The notes under the pieces were generated by a model, which was given only the letters and a program-made list of their open reading frames with translations, did not search any database and was not told the DNA's origin. A stretch of DNA of 64,000 nt from Gammaproteobacteria bacterium (GTDB lineage Bacteria; Pseudomonadota; Gammaproteobacteria; Eutrophobiales; Eutrophobiaceae): assembly GCA_965221695.1 (NCBI GenBank), contig OZ244905.1, positions 2,464,001 through 2,528,000 on the forward strand. The letters are read 5' to 3'. Made by a program: the position numbers and the translations under genes. Below are positions 57,265 through 64,000 of this stretch, piece after piece; the first letter of the stretch is position 1; the number at the start of each line of letters is the position of its first letter.

Positions 57265-60000
57265 CTAAATTATCTTTCTTTCCTGCGCTGCGGTAATGGC
57301 CAGCAGGCGGTTATGCACCTGGAGTTTGTGGTAGATATTCTTCAGGTGAAAACGGACCGTGTTCTCCGAAATACCGATGTTTCTGGCAATCAGCTTGTTG
57401 GACAGGCCTTGGGCCAGGTGCGTGAGAACTTCATTCTCTCTTTTGCTCAACAGTTCGTCATCGGCGTCAGGGACTTCGGCGGCGCTGAAGCGGCCGGCTA
57501 TTGCGGCAGCTTGCTGCCTGTATTCGGCCGGAGCAGCCGTATGTGCCGGCGCTTGCAGGTACAATCCCAGCATCTCCTGCAATTCGTTACCGGCGTCGAT
57601 GAACGGTCGTACAAAACCAGACCGCAAGGACAGCCCCAGGGCCAGTTCCAGGTACTTGAACGCAGAGGCGGGATCGTTTTTCCCCTGATACGCGAGGCTC
57701 GCCAATAACGCGTATTTCAGGTTCGGTTTCAGGTGGCCGCTGGATTCTGCATGGCGAGAGAAATAGCGAAGTGTTGCCAGCGCTTCATCATAGTTCTTTT
57801 CTCTGATTTGCAGCATCGTAATCGAGTTGACTGCGGCGTGACGCTCGCGCCAGGCAATATCACTCTGTCCCGGATTTCGATAATGTTCCAGCCGCAGCCC
57901 CGAATTTTTCAGCGCGCGGCTTGCTTTCCTGTCCAGCCCGGCGCGCAGTAGCAGGTTGATACGCTGAAACACCAGCAGGTTGATTAAACGTTCCAGCTTC
58001 TGCTCTTCCGCATAGACCAGCGAACGATCCAGCAATGACTCTGCCGCGTCAATACCGTGCCTGGCAAATTCAACATTGCTCGCAGTCGTATAACCCGCAG
58101 CGTAGATGTCAAACCAGGCTTCATGTTCTTCAAGTTGCCTGGCAATGGAAGCGGTTGTGTTGGACAGGCCACGCAACCGGTTCATCTCGTAATTCAACTC
58201 CGCCGTAAACACCCTGGCGACGAGCTTGATGCCCAGGTCATCATTGAAATGCCGCCTTCCCAGGTTCAATCCTTCCTGGTAGTGATTACGCGCCTGGTCG
58301 CTGTCTCCCTCGGCGAAAGCCATATCGCCCTGGTGGAATCGGATGTAGGCCTCGCCGTAGTATGAACCAATCAGCCGGTATTTTTTCAGCGCCTCGCCGG
58401 CATAGTGGCGAGCCTCCCGTAACATCCCGCGCTGTGCGTAGGCGACACAGAGCAGGTTGTAGTGGTAACCGAGGTTGGCATAATCGTGCCGGTCGATCAT
58501 GGAAATGTTGCTCTTGAGTCGGGAACAGAACGGCTCGGACAACATCTTGCCTTCGTAGCACGCGAGCAGTGTTTCCACCAGCATCAGTTCGTGGTCAATG
58601 CGCTCCCGCTCCGCAGGGTCGTAACTATCCCGTGAGGCAGGGTAACGCGTCTGCATCGCAAGGTAACGGTCGCGCGCCCGGTAGACTTTCCCGTCTTTTA
58701 TATCCAGGATACAACGGATAGCAGTGATCCGGGGCGCCGCGCAAACAGTGTCTTCATCCAGCAGCGCCAGCGCCGCTCGAAGACGCGTCAATCCCTCCCG
58801 CAACCATAACATCACACCGCCCATCTGTTCGATGATCTCCACGGCTCGCCGTGGACTGCCTGCCTGTTGCGCGTGTCTGACAGCCCGGACAAGATCTTTT
58901 TTCCCGACGAACCAATCTGCAGCGCGCAGATGCAACCGTATTGCGCGTTCCGGGTCGGCGAGTGACAGCTTATGCTGCAAATACTCGCGCAACAACGGGT
59001 GTAGCCGGTACGCGTTTCTTAGCTGTTCAAACGGGAGCAACAGTGTGTTCAATGTCAGGCAGGCATCGAACAGGGCAGCGCTGTCTTCGGTTTCACGCAA
59101 GAAGTCCGCCAGTTCACAGGAAATCCCGTCCAGCAACGAAATATCCATCAGGAACCCCTGCAACCTGCTGTCCAATCCCTGAAATATCTGCTCTGACAGG
59201 TAAGTGGTAATGACGCTGGATGTCGAGGTCAGCCTGGCCAATACCCGGTTGACGTCGCGGTCGGACTTCAGGGAGCTCCTGAGCATCTGGACTGCCACCG
59301 GCCAGCCTTCCGTAATACGCAGTATCTCGACGATGGTTTCCTCCGGCAGGTAATCCGCAAAGAACAGCTTGAGTTCATCCATCGTGAAATTGAGCGCCGG
59401 CGCCGGAAGACGGCGCGCCAGCCCCTCCATTTCCAACTTCGCCACCTTCAATCTGCGGTCGTCCCTGGTTGCGACCCCGAGGTGCAGGTTGGCCGGCGCA
59501 TGGGTCAACAATGGGTGGATTACCCTGTCGATCGCGTCTTCATTGAGAGTCTCGAAGTCATCAAGAATGAGAACGATTTTTTGTTCGTCGACTTCGATTA
59601 CACGACGGACCACGTTCAGCAGTGTGTCTGCGGAAATCTCGCTGAAATGGAATTTTTCCGATATGCCGGCGCGGGCAAAGTCCACACCGCCTACATACAG
59701 CGAATAGGCAATATAGGTCAGAAGCTGGAATGCGTCATTATCTTCCTCTTCCAGCGACAGCCAGCAGGTTTTTACCTGGGCCCGCAGCAACTTATTGCGC
59801 CAGTCGGCGTAGAGCGTGCTCTTGCCGTAGCCAGCCGGTGCGCAAACCAGGGATAAGGTAGCATCCAGGCACGCGTCGAGCTGCCTGATCAGTGATGGTC
59901 GTTTCAATACGTCCACGCGCTGGCGGGTGGGGCACACCTTTGAACGCAATAGCCAGGGCGGGAACAGGGAATTGAATTCCGATCCGGGTATCGCCTTCAT
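57265..60000 (-). CDS. MalT-like LuxR/STAND transcriptional regulator
   Basis: [10 protein letters not shown]-loop, ILDD, TEGWP; C-terminal LS.RE.EVL...[19 protein letters not shown]. Confidence 0.93.
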   Translation of the reverse strand: MKAIPGSEFNSLFPPWLLRSKVCPTRQRVDVLKRPSLIRQLDACLDATLSLVCAPAGYGKSTLYADWRNKLLRAQVKTCWLSLEEEDNDAFQLLTYIAYSLYVGGVDFARAGISEKFHFSEISADTLLNVVRRVIEVDEQKIVLILDDFETLNEDAIDRVIHPLLTHAPANLHLGVATRDDRRLKVAKLEMEGLARRLPAPALNFTMDELKLFFADYLPEETIVEILRITEGWPVAVQMLRSSLKSDRDVNRVLARLTSTSSVITTYLSEQIFQGLDSRLQGFLMDISLLDGISCELADFLRETEDSAALFDACLTLNTLLLPFEQLRNAYRLHPLLREYLQHKLSLADPERAIRLHLRAADWFVGKKDLVRAVRHAQQAGSPRRAVEIIEQMGGVMLWLREGLTRLRAALALLDEDTVCAAPRITAIRCILDIKDGKVYRARDRYLAMQTRYPASRDSYDPAERERIDHELMLVETLLACYEGKMLSEPFCSRLKSNISMIDRHDYANLGYHYNLLCVAYAQRGMLREARHYAGEALKKYRLIGSYYGEAYIRFHQGDMAFAEGDSDQARNHYQEGLNLGRRHFNDDLGIKLVARVFTAELNYEMNRLRGLSNTTASIARQLEEHEAWFDIYAAGYTTASNVEFARHGIDAAESLLDRSLVYAEEQKLERLINLLVFQRINLLLRAGLDRKASRALKNSGLRLEHYRNPGQSDIAWRERHAAVNSITMLQIREKNYDEALATLRYFSRHAESSGHLKPNLKYALLASLAYQGKNDPASAFKYLELALGLSLRSGFVRPFIDAGNELQEMLGLYLQAPAHTAAPAEYRQQAAAIAGRFSAAEVPDADDELLSKRENEVLTHLAQGLSNKLIARNIGISENTVRFHLKNIYHKLQVHNRLLAITAAQERKII

Positions 60001-60177
60001 GGAATTACATTATGTTGGCGAATCCTGTGTGTCAATAGCGCAAGCGCCCGACCTACCCGTTCGTGCAGGTTATGGATTCACGCAGAATACGCGGCGCTAC
60101 TCAACGCAATCGGTAAACCACACCTCAAACGTGATGACTTCTGATAAAAACCGTCTAACCTGAAAATTTCGACCGGT

Positions 60178-60330
60178 GGCATGCAACTGTTGGCACAAGG
60201 TCAAGGCATTTTACTGTACCACTCCCATGAAAACGGGAGTCCAGTAGAACAGGGTGTCGCCTGCAGGACAACTCTTCAGTTTACTGGATTCCCGTTTTCA
60301 CGGGAATGGTACGGGGCATAGGTTATACAA
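60178..60330 (+). repeat. Family A composite repeat
   Basis: TACCACTCCC..CGGGAGTCCAG...CTGGATTCCCG..CGGGAATGGTAC; close to the 30563-30680 copy. Confidence 0.85.
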
Positions 60331-60381
60331 ATGAAACGGGGCAGGACAGTATGGGTGTCCTGTGTTACGGAGGGTGTTGCA

Positions 60382-60756
60382 ATTATCAGAATAGGCGTGG
60401 ATGTGGGGGGAACCAATACCGATGCGGTGTTGATGGACGGGCGCGAGGTAAAAGCCGCGCACAAGGCGCGTACCCACGCGCGGGTCAGCGAGGGCATCCT
60501 GGCTGCAATAAGCCATGTGCTTGCCCATTCCGGGGTTGCCGCCGCGGATGTTCAGGCCGTTATGGTTGGGACTACTCATTTCACCAATGCGTTTGTCGAA
60601 CGCCGGCGATTGCAACCTGTGGGCGTGCTTCGCCTGGCTTTGCCGGCCACCCGCGGCGTACCGCCGATGGTGATTGGCCCGCAGGCATTCGGTCTTGAAG
60701 AAGAGTTTATTCCCATTGAAACGTTAATGAAGACCCGAATTAAAGAGGACGGATAA
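60382..60756 (+). pseudogene. Hydantoinase/oxoprolinase N-terminus fused to a DUF917-like C-terminus
   Basis: IRIGVDVGGTNTDA..MVGTTHFTNA..ATRGVPPM, then VIGPQAFG...IPIE; only ~124 codons; ATT at the expected start after GGAGG. Confidence 0.75.
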
Positions 60757-62907
60757 ATGAAGCAAAATACCAGCAAATTCATCTTATACATACTATTGCT
60801 GCCTGTTGTGCTGTCTTGGGCAGCGCGTACGCCGGCGCAGGAAGACGGATTGCAGATCGAGGAGATCATTGTCACCGCACAAAAGCGCGAGCAAAACCTG
60901 AACGATGTCGGCGTTGCCGTTACGGTGGTCGCCGGTGCGGTTGTACGCGCGCAGCGACTGGGGCAACCTGTCGATCTCGCCGCGCAGACACCCAACCTGA
61001 ACATCAACGAAACCTTCGGCAACAGTATCACCAATGTCAGTATTCGCGGCCTGGGCCTGAATGATTATGCGGTCAATAACAACCCTGCGGCCGGGATTTA
61101 TGTCGATGATGTGTACCTGGTCTCCCCGGCCATGCTCGGCTTCCAGATGTTCGACCTGGAGCGGGTTGAAGTACTGAAAGGCCCACAGGGCACACTGTAC
61201 GGCCGCAATACCACTGCGGGAGCCATGAAGTTCATCAGCAGGAAACCCACTGAGGAAGCTGGCGGCTACCTCTCCGCTGATTACGGCAGGTATGACCACT
61301 TCATGCTCGAGGGCGCGCTGGGTGGGCAGTTGGCGCCGGGTCTGACCGGCCGTGTCGCCTTGCAGACCTCCCAGCGCGCGGACGGCTTCCAGCAAAACCG
61401 GGCCAGCGGCGGCAAGGTCGGCGATATCGAACGTACTGCCTGGCGCGGCCTGCTCAACTGGAAGCCAACCGCAGCGCTGGATATCCTGCTCAATGTGCAT
61501 GGCGGCATCGACAAGTCCGATACGCTGCTGGTGAAGGTGGACAACCTGTTCACGCCAGAGGATGACGGTATTGCCGACCCTTACAGCTCCGCGGCCGGAA
61601 ACGACACGCAATTGGACAATGAAAACCATGGCGCATCGTTGACCGTCAACCTGGACTTGTCCGCGGCGCTGACCTTGACCTCTGTTACCGGCTATGAGGA
61701 CTACGAACGCAGCCACGCTGAAGACCGGGACGGTTCCGCGCTAGTGCACCTGGACGGGCTGTTCCTGAATGATATTGAACAGTTATCCCAGGAACTGCGG
61801 CTGACCTATACCGGGCCGGAGCTGATATTGATCGGTGGCCTGTTCTACGGCCGCGACGAGGTGTCAACGCGGGATTACTTCGATACGGTAGACCTGCCGT
61901 TCCCATTCACCTTCATCGGCAATGAATACGACCAGGAAGCAGATTCCTATGCCGTGTTCGGCCATGCCGAATGGCAGTTGCATCAGGACTGGAAGATCAC
62001 CGCCGGCCTGCGCTATACGGAAGAAGACAAAAAGTTCAAGAATGCCTTCACTTTCGCAGACCTGGGCCGCAGCGGGGCTGCGGTCCAGGTTCACCCGACG
62101 GTCAACAATGAATACAACGTATCAAACCTGTCAGGAAAAGCTGGTATCGACTACACGGGACTCGACAATGCCTTGTTGTATGCCAGTTTCAGCCGTGGTT
62201 TCAAGTCCGGCAATTTTCAGGGTCAGCTCACCTTCAACGCGGCCGACCTGCAACCGTTCGACAAAGAGCTTGTTTCCGCCTATGAGATCGGCGCCAAGTT
62301 GCAACTGCTGGACAACAGCTTGCAGTTTAACCTGGCCGGGTTCTTCTATGACTATGAAGGCGTGCAGATTTACGGTCCGATATTCCAGGGTCCCGCTGAT
62401 ATCGGCCCCCTGTTCGGTATTACCAACGCCGGCGATGCGGAGGTGTACGGTGCGGAATTTGAGCTGTTATGGCGCGCCGCGCCCGGATTGGACATACGTC
62501 TCGGTCTGGGTTTGCTGGATACCGAGATCACGAAGTCGTTTGTGCCCAATGTAGAAAAGGGGAGCGACCTGCCCAATTCGCCGAACCTGAATTTCAATGC
62601 CGCAGTGGGCTACCAATGGAACCTGACACCGGGCCTGGTAGCCGACATCATGTTGGATGCGTCCTATAAGGACGATGTCTCATACGACATCGTCAACCAG
62701 CCGCAGGAGACCCTGGAAGACGGCTACTGGATTGCCAACGCCCGTGCCGGCATCAGCGCCGCCGGCGGGGGCTGGGGCATTCACTTCTGGGGCAAAAACA
62801 TCACCGACGAAGTCTACCGTACCCAAGTGCTGACCTCTACGGTCGGTTTCGGCGCAAACTACGGGCTGCCCGCCACCTACGGGGTCAGCCTGGACCTGAA
62901 CTGGTGA
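60757..62907 (+). CDS. TonB-dependent receptor
   Basis: IEEIIVTAQKREQ, VEVLKGPQGTLYGRN, C-terminal W. Confidence 0.95.
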   Translation: MKQNTSKFILYILLLPVVLSWAARTPAQEDGLQIEEIIVTAQKREQNLNDVGVAVTVVAGAVVRAQRLGQPVDLAAQTPNLNINETFGNSITNVSIRGLGLNDYAVNNNPAAGIYVDDVYLVSPAMLGFQMFDLERVEVLKGPQGTLYGRNTTAGAMKFISRKPTEEAGGYLSADYGRYDHFMLEGALGGQLAPGLTGRVALQTSQRADGFQQNRASGGKVGDIERTAWRGLLNWKPTAALDILLNVHGGIDKSDTLLVKVDNLFTPEDDGIADPYSSAAGNDTQLDNENHGASLTVNLDLSAALTLTSVTGYEDYERSHAEDRDGSALVHLDGLFLNDIEQLSQELRLTYTGPELILIGGLFYGRDEVSTRDYFDTVDLPFPFTFIGNEYDQEADSYAVFGHAEWQLHQDWKITAGLRYTEEDKKFKNAFTFADLGRSGAAVQVHPTVNNEYNVSNLSGKAGIDYTGLDNALLYASFSRGFKSGNFQGQLTFNAADLQPFDKELVSAYEIGAKLQLLDNSLQFNLAGFFYDYEGVQIYGPIFQGPADIGPLFGITNAGDAEVYGAEFELLWRAAPGLDIRLGLGLLDTEITKSFVPNVEKGSDLPNSPNLNFNAAVGYQWNLTPGLVADIMLDASYKDDVSYDIVNQPQETLEDGYWIANARAGISAAGGGWGIHFWGKNITDEVYRTQVLTSTVGFGANYGLPATYGVSLDLNW

Positions 62908-62922
62908 AGGCCTGGGGCAAGC

Positions 62923-63657
62923 ATGAAAACCATTATCCAGGTAATTACGCCCATCATCACGCGCGGGGTGCGGCAACTCGATGATCTCAGGGAATTGGAA
63001 CACCCGGACCTGGAGCTGCGGCATTCACTTCTCGACAAAGGTCCCGCATCCATAGAATCCGAATTCGACGAAGCGCTAAGCGTCCCGGACACCATCGCCA
63101 AGGCTATACAGGCACAGCGGGACGGCGCCCATGCTATTGTCATTGATTGCATGGGAGACCCCGGCGTCGATGCCTGCCGCGAAGCGGTATCTGTGCCCGT
63201 GTTCGGCCCTTGCCAGACATCCATGCACATGGCCAGCCTGCTCGCGCACAGTTTTGGTTTTATCACGGTACTGGATCGCCTGCGCCCGCTCATCGACAAC
63301 CTCGCATCAAAGTACGGACTCACCTGCAAATATGCTTCGTTCCAGGCAGTCGATATACCGGTGCTGGAAATCGGCCACGACCCTGATAAGCTGAATGATG
63401 CGCTGACGGAAAAAGCCATGCTGGCGGCGCGGCAGCACGGCGCCGACGCGCTGATACTGGGCTGCACAGGCTTCCTTGGCAGCGCTGCGGCCATGCGCCG
63501 AGGCCTGCTCGAGGCGGGGTTAGATGTGCCCGTCATCGACCCTCTGCCGTTGACAGTGCGCTTGGCAGAAACCATGATCCTGGCTGGCCTCAGCCACAGC
63601 AAACATACCTGGCCCCCGCCTACCACCAAGCCAATAGCAGGATACGAGATACCCTGA
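62923..63657 (+). CDS. Asp/Glu/hydantoin racemase family protein
   Basis: GPASIE, IDCMGDPG, LILGCTG (two catalytic Cys), PVIDP. Confidence 0.9.
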   Translation: MKTIIQVITPIITRGVRQLDDLRELEHPDLELRHSLLDKGPASIESEFDEALSVPDTIAKAIQAQRDGAHAIVIDCMGDPGVDACREAVSVPVFGPCQTSMHMASLLAHSFGFITVLDRLRPLIDNLASKYGLTCKYASFQAVDIPVLEIGHDPDKLNDALTEKAMLAARQHGADALILGCTGFLGSAAAMRRGLLEAGLDVPVIDPLPLTVRLAETMILAGLSHSKHTWPPPTTKPIAGYEIP

Positions 63658-63707
63658 CCACTCCCGTGACCCACGCCGGTTACATGATGCCGGCATGATA
63701 AAATTTA

Positions 63708-63860
63708 GGAAACTCTGAACAAGTCCATCCTGGACTTGTCAGAGTACGGAAAACAAAAATGCGATTTTTGTTTTCCTCACAATATCAATGCCTTACAGTC
63801 ATTGATATTGACGATACATCCCTGTATCGTAGGAACCTCTGACTTAATCTCAGAGGTTCC
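63708..63860. mobile_element. Second copy of the five-hairpin IS5-like MITE (family B)
   Basis: Differs from 30299-30449 by one substitution and a 2-bp insertion; flanks TTTA/TTCA. Confidence 0.85.
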
Positions 63861-63901
63861 TTCACTTGAAAAGTGAAAAAATCCCGGATTATTTCACTTT
63901 A

Positions 63902-63931
63902 GGAAGTTCTGACTTAATCCTCAGAGTGACC
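63902..63931. repeat. Family B mini-hairpin
   Basis: GGAAGTTCTGACTTAATCCTCAGAGTGACC. Confidence 0.55.
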
Positions 63932-64000
63932 TTAACTAGCAACCGGCGCCATGGCCAGACAAGTCCGGGCATGCCATCAGTCGGGTACGGATGATATTAT

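Overview
A bacterial chromosomal window of moderately high GC, probably a Gammaproteobacterium (inferred from MnmG and the TonB/TRAP content). About 50 kb (1-~51800) is a catabolic island. It carries TonB-dependent receptors, two spinster-type MFS and a TRAP transporter, and exported enzymes (Tat amine oxidase, CocE/NonD hydrolase). It also has four VOC proteins, two tandem alpha/beta-hydrolases, ALDH, acyl-CoA synthetase, CoA-transferase, a LeuCD-like hydratase, a cyclic amidohydrolase, hydantoinase A/B and a GntR regulator. Unexpectedly, it includes a secreted CpcT/CpeT phycobilin-lyase-like protein and a second putative beta-barrel (DUF3598/CpcS-like) protein, with no phycobiliprotein genes in the window. 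A shared 20-bp palindrome (ATGWTATA-N4-TATAWCAT) lies in several promoters, suggesting one regulon. My main hypothesis, which is inference only, is an undescribed pathway for scavenging and degrading bilins or other tetrapyrroles. The island is interrupted by AT-rich accessory DNA (TA modules, FGE-sulfatase, small ORFs) and by at least three families of miniature repeats. The right end has a Fic gene, an orphan mnmG, a MalT-like regulator and a deletion-fused hydantoinase/DUF917 pseudogene. No rRNA, tRNA or CRISPR array was seen. Family names come from motif recognition, not database searches.
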